A stretch of DNA of 64,000 nt from Candidatus Magasanikbacteria bacterium RIFOXYB2_FULL_38_10 (lineage in GTDB: Bacteria > Patescibacteriota > Patescibacteriia > Magasanikbacterales > UBA10003). The DNA is taken from positions 24,941 to 88,940 of the forward strand of contig MFQT01000002.1 in NCBI GenBank assembly GCA_001783145.1, written 5' to 3'. The notes beneath the pieces are model-generated. The model was not told where the DNA came from and made no database searches. It saw only the letters and a program-made list of their open reading frames with translations. A program made the translations under genes and the position numbers. Shown here piece by piece: positions 21,466 to 30,162 of this stretch; the first letter of the stretch is position 1, and the number at the start of each line of letters is the position of its first letter.

Positions 21466-21551
21466 TGGTGCGCGAGAGAGGACTTGAACCTCCACGGGGT
21501 CGCCCCCACAGCCACCTCAAGGCTGCGTGTATACCATTTCACCACTCGCGC
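21466..21551 (-). tRNA. tRNA-Leu(GAG), class II, CCA encoded
   Basis: GCGCGAG acceptor, anticodon loop TTGAGGT, long variable arm GGGGgcgaCCCC, T-loop TTCAAGT. Confidence 0.85.
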
Positions 21552-21599
21552 GCAGGTTGTAATTCTTTAAGCCTATAATAACAAAAAAATAAATTCTGG

Positions 21600-21631
21600 T
21601 CAATAAAAACAACCGGCGTTGGTGCCGGTTG
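21600..21631 (-). terminator. rho-independent terminator after GC-rich gene 21660..22268
   Basis: CAACCGGCgttggtGCCGGTTG, an 8-bp stem followed on the minus strand by TTTTTATT. Confidence 0.55.
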
Positions 21632-21659
21632 TAAGGTGACTGATTAAACAATCAAGGTA

Positions 21660-22268
21660 CTAAAGAGAAAATCGGGAGAACCACCGCAAAAAAGCCCGGC
21701 TGGAAAAAACATAACTGGCATACTGCCCTCTTTTTTCCTTAGCGCTAGGTTGACCGGACTTTAAAACATGAACCATGCAGAGAACCCGCCAATTGGGGTG
21801 CAATTCCTTAAGATACTGTTTGGCTCTGACAATCCACTGCATTTGTTCAACAATATTCAACCTATAAGCCGTGGCGGCGGCACAGGGCGTATGAGCGTAA
21901 ATCAAAATCAACGGCCGGGCGCCATTGCCATCAAGATTCTTAAAATGAACACCTCCTTCAATACTATCAAGCAAAGTAAGATGTTGGCGCAAATGAGGCT
22001 TAATCAAAGGAGATTCGGGATGCAAAAGCAACCCGCCGCCGTTCAAGGACGGATCATGAAAAACGCATTCATCCATAGCCACATCACCGGCAGTCTGAGC
22101 CAGATTATAGTGGTGCAAAAGCAATTCCAGTTTGCGTGATCCATCCGCACAGTCAACAATCACCATGCGTCCGGGATCTTGACTTTTAACAACGTCAAAA
22201 TTCCGCAAAATGACATCTTGGCGCAGTTGTTCAACCAAACGCAGATCAACTAAAGACGTTTCTGCCAT
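21660..22268 (-). CDS. hypothetical protein encoded in a GC-rich (about 45%) patch
   Basis: ATG at 22268 with GGAG 8 nt upstream; own terminator; composition unlike neighbours. VIVDCADGS...ILIYAHTPCAAATAY, no family recognised. Confidence 0.5.
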   Translation of the reverse strand: MAETSLVDLRLVEQLRQDVILRNFDVVKSQDPGRMVIVDCADGSRKLELLLHHYNLAQTAGDVAMDECVFHDPSLNGGGLLLHPESPLIKPHLRQHLTLLDSIEGGVHFKNLDGNGARPLILIYAHTPCAAATAYRLNIVEQMQWIVRAKQYLKELHPNWRVLCMVHVLKSGQPSAKEKRGQYASYVFSSRAFLRWFSRFSL

Positions 22269-22395
22269 TTTTAAGACTCCAATTAAAAGGTAAAAGGAAC
22301 AACATTCAACAACAGAACAATATTATGATATAAAATTGCTTTTTAGTCAAGAGTTTTAAACTTTAAAAGACCCTGTTAAAAACAGAGTCTTTTAA

Positions 22396-22469
22396 TGGGC
22401 AGTATAGGATTCGAACCTATGACCTAACGGATGTAAACCGTTCGCTCTAACCAACTGAGCTAACTGCCC
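22396..22469 (-). tRNA. tRNA-Val(UAC), CCA not encoded
   Basis: GGGCAGT acceptor, anticodon loop TTTACAT, T-loop TTCGAAT. Confidence 0.8.
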
Positions 22470-22489
22470 CTAAATTATTTTCTCCTAAA

Positions 22490-23485
22490 TCAAAATTGTC
22501 TATTTTTCCCCACAATCATGGCTAACTTTTTTTTATTAATTTCAATAGAAATCATAGCCTCCTTGCTTTCGCGACCATCTGCCACCACCAAAGCCGGCTT
22601 TTCCATTTTTAACAAAATTTTCTTAAAAAAGAAAGTACTGATTTTCTTTTTCTTTTTACTAGCCATCAAACTGGACAAAAGCCCGCCCCCGGTCGGCCTA
22701 AAGTATATCTCCATCTGGCCGTCTTGCGGATGCAAATGAAAACGCTGACTTTCAAATGGCGGAGGTAACAGATTGGCTATAGCCACTTCAAATTTTTCTT
22801 GACGCAAGTCAGCAGTAAAATTTTCATCGCACTGCACCCTTAATTTGGCGGAAGGAATAAACAAATAACAAATGAAAAAAAACTTTTCATTAATAGTGGC
22901 ATAATCCAATTTCTCAATCTTGCGCGCCGAAATAACTTCACAGGCTTTTTCATTTAAAGGCATTCCCAAAACCTCGGCAAAATGATTTCTTTTTTGGCCC
23001 ACAGGAATAAAACCAAAGGTGACATTTAAATCTGCCGCCCGGGACAAAATCCTGATAAAAGTATCATCATTTCCTACCATTACCACAGTACTGGAGCCAT
23101 GACGCATCTCATCTTCTATTAAAACCTTGGGATTAGTAAAAGAAGACAATTTAATAGTCTTACCAAAAATCTCAAAATCACGCAACCTTTTTTCTATGTT
23201 GGCAATAATGTTTTTATACTCCGGATCTTGAACGTAGGTATCGTAAAGATAAATGTAACTATTACTGCTTTTTTTATCCAGCCCGTAGTTTAAATTAGCG
23301 GGTGGCAAAACGCTTTTTATACGTCTGGCAACACCATTCCTTTGCATTCCTCCGTTCACCAAACTCTGCAATTCTTTTCTGGCCTTTTCCGGATTAAGAA
23401 AATTTTTTTTAAGCGGTTTCAAGGCCGGCTTCATCATATCCTTCAGATTTTTTTCCGGGTTTGCCTTTGCCTTTTTCACTCTCAT
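22490..23485 (-). CDS. DAGK_cat/NAD-kinase-fold lipid-kinase-like protein with degenerate GGDGT loop
   Basis: VVMVGNDDTFIRIL...IPVGQKRNHFAEVLGMP aligns to the DAGK catalytic domain with GGDGT changed to GNDDT. Lys-rich N-terminus; the start may be internal (MMKPALK...). Confidence 0.45.
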   Translation of the reverse strand: MRVKKAKANPEKNLKDMMKPALKPLKKNFLNPEKARKELQSLVNGGMQRNGVARRIKSVLPPANLNYGLDKKSSNSYIYLYDTYVQDPEYKNIIANIEKRLRDFEIFGKTIKLSSFTNPKVLIEDEMRHGSSTVVMVGNDDTFIRILSRAADLNVTFGFIPVGQKRNHFAEVLGMPLNEKACEVISARKIEKLDYATINEKFFFICYLFIPSAKLRVQCDENFTADLRQEKFEVAIANLLPPPFESQRFHLHPQDGQMEIYFRPTGGGLLSSLMASKKKKKISTFFFKKILLKMEKPALVVADGRESKEAMISIEINKKKLAMIVGKNRQF

Positions 23486-23825
23486 CCATTAAAGTATGGC
23501 CTTGCAAAATAGCGCCGGCAGATACAATTAGTGTTTTAGTGGTGACATCGCCAAAAACTTTAGCAGTAGGAGTTAATTCTAAAATTGTAGCCAAACGCAT
23601 ATTGCCTTTTACCTCTCCAGCCACCACAGCACTGTCGGCTATCACATCCGCATTAACCTTAGCCCCTTCTTCCACACGCAGTTGTTTGGCAGTTTTGATT
23701 TTGCCGTTAACTTGACCCTCAATAATTACATTACCCTCGGAAACAAAGTCGCCTTCTACTTTTACGGAAGGACCTACAATTGTTTCTACATCGCCTCCTA
23801 CTTTTTCTGCGTATTTGTCAGTCAT
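23409..23825 (-). CDS. bactofilin
   Basis: Beta-helical DUF583 repeats (VKVEGDFVSEGNVIIEGQVNGKI...) and a Lys/Gly-rich tail. Confidence 0.8.
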   Translation of the reverse strand: MTDKYAEKVGGDVETIVGPSVKVEGDFVSEGNVIIEGQVNGKIKTAKQLRVEEGAKVNADVIADSAVVAGEVKGNMRLATILELTPTAKVFGDVTTKTLIVSAGAILQGHTLMDESEKGKGKPGKKSEGYDEAGLETA

Positions 23826-23920
23826 ATTTAGATATGAATTATTAGTAGATTAAAGTAGATTTACTTTAGCTCAAAAAACCTTAACTGTCAAACTTATTTT
23901 AAGGCCTGACGAAAAACCCA

Positions 23921-25561
23921 TTAAGCCGCCACTTGAGTGGCTTTAAGCTCTTGTTTTACGGGCACACTAAAACCAAATTCGCTACCTTTATCTTTGCCCA
24001 AACTATCACACCAAATATCTCCTTTATGGCCAGCCACAAATTTGGCAGCGATATACAATCCCAGTCCGGTACCACTGCGACCCACCGCAGTTAAAACGTC
24101 TTTGCTTCTAAAAAATTTGGAAAAAACCTTTTCTTTGTCTTCTACACTAAGCCCAATGCCGGTATCCACTACGCTTACGGCAACCTTGTCGCCTAAATCC
24201 CGCAGAATTATTTTAATAGTCCCCTTTTCCGTATATTTGATAGCATTATCTACAAAATTAAAAATAACATTAACTATTTTATCTCCATCCATTTCGGCAA
24301 AAACTTTATTCTTGGCCTCGTTGACAAAACTCATTTTAATTTTAGAAGGCAAACGCGATTTTAATTCGTTAGTCACGTGTTCAATTAAAATGTTCATTTC
24401 CGTCCGCGTAAATTCAAATTGCATCTTACCGCTTTCAATCTGGCTTAAATCTAAAAATTGATCGACTAAATGCATTAACCTTTCAATACTGTAAGCAATA
24501 TTATTTAAAATCGGGGTAGTTTTTTTATCCAATTCGCCATAATCGCCATCACTTAAAAGAGAAATGTATCCTTTAATAACAGACAGCGGGGTGCGCAATT
24601 GGTGGGAAGCAATAGACAAAAAATCATTTTTGGAATGTTCCAATTCTTTAAGTTTCCAATTGGCATCGTCTAAAAGTTTTTTCAATTCCCGAGTTTTTTC
24701 CAACCTTTGAACCTCTTGTAGAATACTGCGCACCAAAAAAAACCCAAAAATTGCCGTAAATACTAAAATTATAAATTGCCAAATGGTTTCCACAATGGAA
24801 CCGGCAAAAAGCATGCTCCCTGCGGCAAACAAAACCAAACAAAAAGCAAAAATTTCACCGATTAAAACCTTAGGATGAAAAAGATAATTTTTATACAAAG
24901 CAAAACTGATGGCAATGGCGATTAAAACTCCGGATATGGGACCAAGCCAAAAATATTGCGATTGCTGTCCAGCCAAAGGATTGGTTAAAAAAACATTAAA
25001 AACCAATCCCGGGGAACTGCCTAAAATAACCCCCCAAAAAATGTAAGCCAGTTGACGCCGAGAAATTTTGTCTTCGGCTTTTTTATATCTTTTGTAAAAA
25101 ATTGCCACGCCAAAGAGCCAAAAACAAAGGAGGGCGGCAGAAAATAATTGCACACTTTCCGAAACAAAAAAAGCATCGCGTCCCCAACTGGCATGAGTGA
25201 TACCTATTAATAAATTTCCCGGCCAAAGCAAAAAAATAGAAAAAATAAAACCAAAACCTAAAAGCCAACGCAACAAAAAATGCGGACGCGGACGACTGGG
25301 CGGAAAAACATAGGCAAAATAAAACAGCCACAAACCAATCCACAGTCCCCCCACATGGCCCACTTCTAACCAAAAAAGAGCCAAAGAATCTGTTTGGGCT
25401 ACCAAAAACCCAATCATTCCCAAGGACCACAAGGCGGCCGAAACTAAAATCCATCCAAAAGCCTGAAAATGAGTGGCGAATTTGTAGCGTTTAATAAAAT
25501 AAGCGCCCGCCCCCACAGTGAAAAAAATAATTAAACTAATGAAGACAAATTGCCACTGCAT
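23921..25561 (-). CDS. sensor histidine kinase with N-terminal multi-TM sensor domain
   Basis: More than 7 TM helices; H-box FLSIASHQLRTPLSVIKGYISLL; HATPase_c N/G boxes. Confidence 0.85.
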   Translation of the reverse strand: MQWQFVFISLIIFFTVGAGAYFIKRYKFATHFQAFGWILVSAALWSLGMIGFLVAQTDSLALFWLEVGHVGGLWIGLWLFYFAYVFPPSRPRPHFLLRWLLGFGFIFSIFLLWPGNLLIGITHASWGRDAFFVSESVQLFSAALLCFWLFGVAIFYKRYKKAEDKISRRQLAYIFWGVILGSSPGLVFNVFLTNPLAGQQSQYFWLGPISGVLIAIAISFALYKNYLFHPKVLIGEIFAFCLVLFAAGSMLFAGSIVETIWQFIILVFTAIFGFFLVRSILQEVQRLEKTRELKKLLDDANWKLKELEHSKNDFLSIASHQLRTPLSVIKGYISLLSDGDYGELDKKTTPILNNIAYSIERLMHLVDQFLDLSQIESGKMQFEFTRTEMNILIEHVTNELKSRLPSKIKMSFVNEAKNKVFAEMDGDKIVNVIFNFVDNAIKYTEKGTIKIILRDLGDKVAVSVVDTGIGLSVEDKEKVFSKFFRSKDVLTAVGRSGTGLGLYIAAKFVAGHKGDIWCDSLGKDKGSEFGFSVPVKQELKATQVAA

Positions 25562-25571
25562 AAAATAAAAT

Positions 25572-27164
25572 CTAAGGTTTTAAAGGAAGCCAAATATTAA
25601 AAGTGGAGCCTTGGTTAACCCCGGAGGATTCCACCCAAATTGAGCCATTATGGGCTTCCACAAATTTACGGCACAAAAACAAACCTAAACCAACACCATT
25701 AGCATCAACCGCTTTTGCATTATTGGTGCGGTAAAACTTTTGAAACAAATTAGCCAAATCGGCCTCTTCTATGCCAATACCCTGATCTTTAATTTGTGTT
25801 AAAACTCCTTCACCATCTTCCATCATTCTTAATTGCACATCTTTAGAAAGTCCATACTTAATAGCATCATCAATTAAATGATCAAAAACATGAGTGAGTT
25901 TTTCCTCATCGCCAAAAATCTTCACCGGCTCATCAGGCAGATTAGTAATAATTTTAATCTTCTTTGTTTTGGCGGTTTCCGCTAAACGTTCAATCACCGC
26001 TTCTACTACTTTTCTTAAATCCAAATCTTTAGATACATATTGCAACCTTTGTTCTTCTAGCCTGGTGATATCCAAAAATTCATCAACCAGTTGATTTAAT
26101 TTTTTATTATTCTGATCAATGGCGGAAAAAACTTCATCAACTTTTTTATCGGCCTTGCCATAGGCTCCTTCTCTTAACAAGGAAATGTAGCCACCAATAA
26201 TAGTTAAGGGGGTGCGTAATTGATGGGCGACAATAGATAAAAAATCACTTTTAGCTTTATCCAAAACAATTAAAGATTTATTGGCCTCCTCTACTTTGGC
26301 AGCCAATTTTTGCATTTCTTCCCTCTTGTCAACTTCTTCTTTAATGGTACGAATTAAAAGCCAACCTAAAAAAGCCACAGTTAAAGTAAACAAGGAACGG
26401 AAAACAATTTCCCAAATTGATTTAGATAAAAATAACCCGATGATAATTAAAAAAAGGATTGAGGCGATAAAAATTTCCGTACGAATAACTTTGGCACCAA
26501 GCAAATGATGCTGAGTAATGGCATAGGCCAAAATAAAAGGAAAAGCCAGGCCGGAAAAATAAGAAAAAGGGTAACGAATATCAATGTTGTAAGCCGAAAG
26601 ATAAGCTGTGCCGCCCACAAACATTACAACGGAAAAAGCCAAAACCACGTAAACGGCTTGAGTTTTAAATTTTTTATCTTGACTGTTTTTATACGCTCGC
26701 CAAATATTGATGATAAAAATTTGTACACCCCAATAAAAAAAGAGCAAAAAAAAGTGATGCAAAATTCTGGCTTGAGTGTGAGCTCCCCAGCTATAACGAT
26801 AGATTTCATCAACAAAATAAGGAGTGCGGCTGACTAAAAGAAAAAAAATGGATACTAAATAAGTAAAAATCAAAATTTTTCTTTGACCCTTGTTATTGGT
26901 AAACACCAAACTAAAATGATGCATTAAGGCGGGCATTAAAGAAACCCCTAAATAAACGAATCTGTCCCACCAAACAGCCGCCACCTCATTATTTTTGTTT
27001 AGAAACATCATGAAGGTGCCCACCAGCCAAAAAATCATCGCCACGCAAAAAGCCAAAAAAAGGCGGTTAAGCGGCGAGCGCGGATTTTCATAAAAAACAA
27101 ACCAAGCCAAAATGGCCACAAAAATGGCGCAGACAAGCGGTAAAATTGTGCCGAGGTCAAACAT
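25572..27164 (-). CDS. sensor histidine kinase (paralogue of the adjacent one)
   Basis: Multi-TM N-terminus; H-box FLSIVAHQLRTPLTIIGGYISLL; HATPase_c. Confidence 0.85.
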   Translation of the reverse strand: MFDLGTILPLVCAIFVAILAWFVFYENPRSPLNRLFLAFCVAMIFWLVGTFMMFLNKNNEVAAVWWDRFVYLGVSLMPALMHHFSLVFTNNKGQRKILIFTYLVSIFFLLVSRTPYFVDEIYRYSWGAHTQARILHHFFLLFFYWGVQIFIINIWRAYKNSQDKKFKTQAVYVVLAFSVVMFVGGTAYLSAYNIDIRYPFSYFSGLAFPFILAYAITQHHLLGAKVIRTEIFIASILFLIIIGLFLSKSIWEIVFRSLFTLTVAFLGWLLIRTIKEEVDKREEMQKLAAKVEEANKSLIVLDKAKSDFLSIVAHQLRTPLTIIGGYISLLREGAYGKADKKVDEVFSAIDQNNKKLNQLVDEFLDITRLEEQRLQYVSKDLDLRKVVEAVIERLAETAKTKKIKIITNLPDEPVKIFGDEEKLTHVFDHLIDDAIKYGLSKDVQLRMMEDGEGVLTQIKDQGIGIEEADLANLFQKFYRTNNAKAVDANGVGLGLFLCRKFVEAHNGSIWVESSGVNQGSTFNIWLPLKP

Positions 27165-27194
27165 AAAAAAATTGAATCAAACATTATTATATCA

Positions 27195-27227
27195 TAAAAA
27201 AAGGGATAAGCCTTGCGACCTATCCCT
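27195..27227 (-). terminator. rho-independent terminator after GC-rich gene 27244..28326
   Basis: AGGGATAagccttgcgaccTATCCCT, followed on the minus strand by a T7 run. Confidence 0.5.
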
Positions 27228-27243
27228 GAGTTGATTGTTTGCC

Positions 27244-28326
27244 TTAATGAATGTAAAGCGTGCGCAGTTTTTCCGCGATGGCCATTTCACTCTGCGGGAA
27301 AGGTTGATGGGCAATGCCATTCAACGCACCCTGTTTCAAAAGATATTGCGACACTGGCGGGTCAATACTCTTAATGTTGTGCTTGGTAGATAAAACTGAT
27401 GCTGACAAGATGCAACCAAGCATACAACCATAAGTGGTTCTCCCGTTATTTTCATCTTGACCCATACCGAGATCAACACCTATACCCCTAGGTGCAATGG
27501 CCTTAGGCAAAACCCCGCAACCCACAGGCAGAATGGAAACAGGCCAGCCAAGAAAGTCCTCCTCTCTGACGGCTGGCGGAATACAAGCATCCAAGACAAA
27601 AGCAGCCGGTGTTACATGTTCTGGCAGAATCCTGCTCTCAGGAGAAGAGTGAGCGGTAAAAATCAACTCACAGCCACCCTGACGCAAGGCAGTGAAATCC
27701 TTGGAAATGGTTACCAAAAGAAGCTGATTAATCCTTTGCAAATCATCTACCAGTCCTGTCACTTTTGGATCTTCAGGATCTCTTACTACCAGAACCATGC
27801 TGTTAACTTCGCTCGCCATGAGCCTGGCAAAACCAGCGCCCATGAGTCCAGCGGCGCCTACGATACCAAGACAAACCCTTTGCAAAGGCAAGCCCAGATT
27901 ACCCAGTTTCTTGGCGGCACTGTAAGCCAAAGCCATGCTCATGTCATCACCATGATCAAGCCTCAGACCCAACTGATCCGCCTCTTCCACCAAATCCTGT
28001 CCGCTGTGAGAAACCGAAGCCACCAGCGAACCCAGACCAATATCGGTTGCGCCAACTTTCTTGGCGGCACGCATGGCGCGCTTGATCAAATCTAGTGATT
28101 CTTCGCGATAGCGCAAAAACTGCAAAGGCCGCCTGTCAATAAGAAGAATCTGGAAATCCACCCCCAAAATTTCTGTCTTAGGGGACCACCAGAAAAACCC
28201 ATCTCTTTCGGCTTGCTCTTTCATTTTCATCGTCATCTGAGCAAGCTGAATATCGGTATTGTGAGGCTCTTCACGGAGCTGAGACAAAAACACCACAAAT
28301 CTCTTGGTAACTGGTGCAGTTTCCAT
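27244..28326 (-). CDS. Rossmann-fold NAD(P)-binding dehydrogenase-like protein (OCD/shikimate-DH-like), GC-rich (about 50%)
   Basis: Internal GxGxxG-type loop LGIVGAAGLMGAGFARL followed by VLVVRDPEDPK. Strong SD AGGGAGG 5 nt before the ATG. Flanked by its own promoter-like TTGACA and terminator. Confidence 0.5.
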   Translation of the reverse strand: METAPVTKRFVVFLSQLREEPHNTDIQLAQMTMKMKEQAERDGFFWWSPKTEILGVDFQILLIDRRPLQFLRYREESLDLIKRAMRAAKKVGATDIGLGSLVASVSHSGQDLVEEADQLGLRLDHGDDMSMALAYSAAKKLGNLGLPLQRVCLGIVGAAGLMGAGFARLMASEVNSMVLVVRDPEDPKVTGLVDDLQRINQLLLVTISKDFTALRQGGCELIFTAHSSPESRILPEHVTPAAFVLDACIPPAVREEDFLGWPVSILPVGCGVLPKAIAPRGIGVDLGMGQDENNGRTTYGCMLGCILSASVLSTKHNIKSIDPPVSQYLLKQGALNGIAHQPFPQSEMAIAEKLRTLYIH

Positions 28327-28404
28327 CGCTTCCTCCCTATGTTTAAGAACAATTATTGCATACCCAACTTGGAACGCAACAGATTATCCTACTTAATATA
28401 TCAC

Positions 28405-28440
28405 AATTTGTCAAGAGCAGGGATTTGTCTGGGATTTGTC
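28405..28440 (-). promoter_or_regulatory. candidate promoter (-35 TTGACA) with adjacent tandem direct repeat GGGATTTGTC x2 upstream of 27244..28326
   Basis: Minus-strand reading: GACAAATCCCaGACAAATCCCtgctcTTGACAaattgtg..., about 80-110 nt upstream of the ATG. Confidence 0.35.
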
Positions 28441-28459
28441 CACAGGGACTTTCAAAGAC

Positions 28460-30157
28460 CTACATCTCTTTTATAATTGGAATTCCTAAAATGAACAGAC
28501 CATTTTCCAAAACCTGTCTCACCATTCTTACTAATTCCAAACGCGCCGCCACTAATTCACTTCTTTCGGCTTTCAAGACCGGGCAATTTTCATAAAAATT
28601 ACTAAAATCCTGACACAGCTCATAGAGATATTTGGCGAGCTGTGAAGGATCCTGCCTTTCCCCTGCTACAATAATGGCCCCGTTCAAACCGGCCATTTTC
28701 AAAATTAATTTTTTTTCAAAATCGGAAATCAACAAAGAATAACTTGTTTTTAAATTTATTTTTACTTTTTTTAAAAGGCTATTCATTCTGGCCAAACTAT
28801 ATTGCAAATAAGGAGCGGTAAAACCATCAAAAGAAATTGCTTCTTTAATATCAAAAGCAATTGTCTGATTGCTACCAACTTTTATCATGCTAAATTTTAA
28901 AGCGCCAAAGGCTAAGGCTTTGGCCGTCTTATCCAATTTAGCCTCCGACCATTCCGGATGTCGTTTTTTTGTTTCTTCTTTGGCCGCGCGCAAGGCTTCA
29001 TCGCGTACCGTTTCATATAAAATCACATTGCCGGCGCGCGAAGACATTTTTTCTCCACCAGGTAAAGCGACTAATTCGCAAGCCACGTGAGACATCTTAT
29101 ATTTAAATCCGCTGAGTTCCAAAATCTTGAATAATTGTTGAAAATAAAATTTCTGTTCTGTACCGGTTAAATTTATACTACCGGTAATTTTGGAAAACTT
29201 CTTGGCCTTGACCTTGGCTAATCCTAAATCCGAGGTTAAATACAAACCGGCACCATCGCTTTTTCTGATAAGGGCGACATCCAAACCAAAACTTCCTAAA
29301 TCAATAATAATCGCCCCACCCTCCCCTACTTTGGCAATTCCCTTTTGTAAAAGCTCGTCAACCACTTTTTGTCCCAAGTCTTTAACGTCTTTTTCATAAA
29401 AAACTGTTTTATGCTTTACCTCAAGTTCTGCAAAAATATTTTTAAAACCATCCAAACTCCATTGCCTGGTCTGCAAAAATAATTTCCAAATCTTTTTGTC
29501 TTTGGCTTCAAGCATTTTCAGCATTGCTTTAGATTCTTCAGCTTGTTCCGGATTTTCTTTTAAATAATTACTGGCTTCGGCATAAATTTGTCCCAACCAT
29601 TTTTGCTTATCAGCTGGCGGTTTTTCTCCTTTGTGCAAATTAACTAAGCCCCATAAACACTTGGCCACGTGCGCTCCAAAATCATTGATGTAATTAACCC
29701 TAATCACTTTGGCACCGGCGGCTTCATATAAATTGGCCAAGGCATTACCCAAGCACATTATTCTTAAATGACCCACATGTATTTCTTTGTGAGTGTTATT
29801 GGAAGGATACTCAATTAAAATTTGCTCACCTTTCTTGGCCGTACCTTGCCCATATTTATTTTTTTTCTTTTTGATTTGGGGTAAAACCAACTCCGCTACC
29901 ATAGCCGGATTAAGAAAAAAATTAAGATAAGGCCCGCTTGCCTCAACTTTTTCTATTATGGAATCTTTATTAGTCAAATTATTCAATTTATTAGCCAATT
30001 CAAAAATTTGATTGATCCCTAGATGTTCTGTTTTACCAAAACAACCAAATGAAAAATCTCCCATTCCTGGTTGAGGTGGTTTTTTTAATTCAATTTCTCC
30101 ACTTACTCCACCATCTTTGAGAAGTTCAATGATTTGTTGTTTAATTTCCTCCAACAT
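28460..30157 (-). CDS. argS: arginine--tRNA ligase
   Basis: N-terminal Arg_tRNA_synt_N-like PPQPGMGDFSF, HIGH-region HVGHLR, DALR C-terminus ending ...KEM. Confidence 0.85.
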   Translation of the reverse strand: MLEEIKQQIIELLKDGGVSGEIELKKPPQPGMGDFSFGCFGKTEHLGINQIFELANKLNNLTNKDSIIEKVEASGPYLNFFLNPAMVAELVLPQIKKKKNKYGQGTAKKGEQILIEYPSNNTHKEIHVGHLRIMCLGNALANLYEAAGAKVIRVNYINDFGAHVAKCLWGLVNLHKGEKPPADKQKWLGQIYAEASNYLKENPEQAEESKAMLKMLEAKDKKIWKLFLQTRQWSLDGFKNIFAELEVKHKTVFYEKDVKDLGQKVVDELLQKGIAKVGEGGAIIIDLGSFGLDVALIRKSDGAGLYLTSDLGLAKVKAKKFSKITGSINLTGTEQKFYFQQLFKILELSGFKYKMSHVACELVALPGGEKMSSRAGNVILYETVRDEALRAAKEETKKRHPEWSEAKLDKTAKALAFGALKFSMIKVGSNQTIAFDIKEAISFDGFTAPYLQYSLARMNSLLKKVKINLKTSYSLLISDFEKKLILKMAGLNGAIIVAGERQDPSQLAKYLYELCQDFSNFYENCPVLKAERSELVAARLELVRMVRQVLENGLFILGIPIIKEM

Positions 30158-30162
30158 AATTG

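Noticed and set aside
21163-21520. Track ORFs 21163..21372 and the 5' part of 21209..21520.
   Set aside because: The 5' part of 21209..21520 overlaps tRNA-Leu(GAG), so the CDS was trimmed to the ATG at 21457. 21163..21372 is an out-of-frame overlap.
23937-24461. 174-aa plus-strand ORF antisense to the first histidine kinase.
   Set aside because: Antisense within a gene that has clear HK motifs; Ser/Leu/Pro-rich artefact.
27457-28095. 212-aa plus-strand ORF inside the GC-rich dehydrogenase-like gene.
   Set aside because: GC-rich DNA yields long open frames on all strands. The minus-strand ORF has the SD, promoter, terminator and a Rossmann motif.
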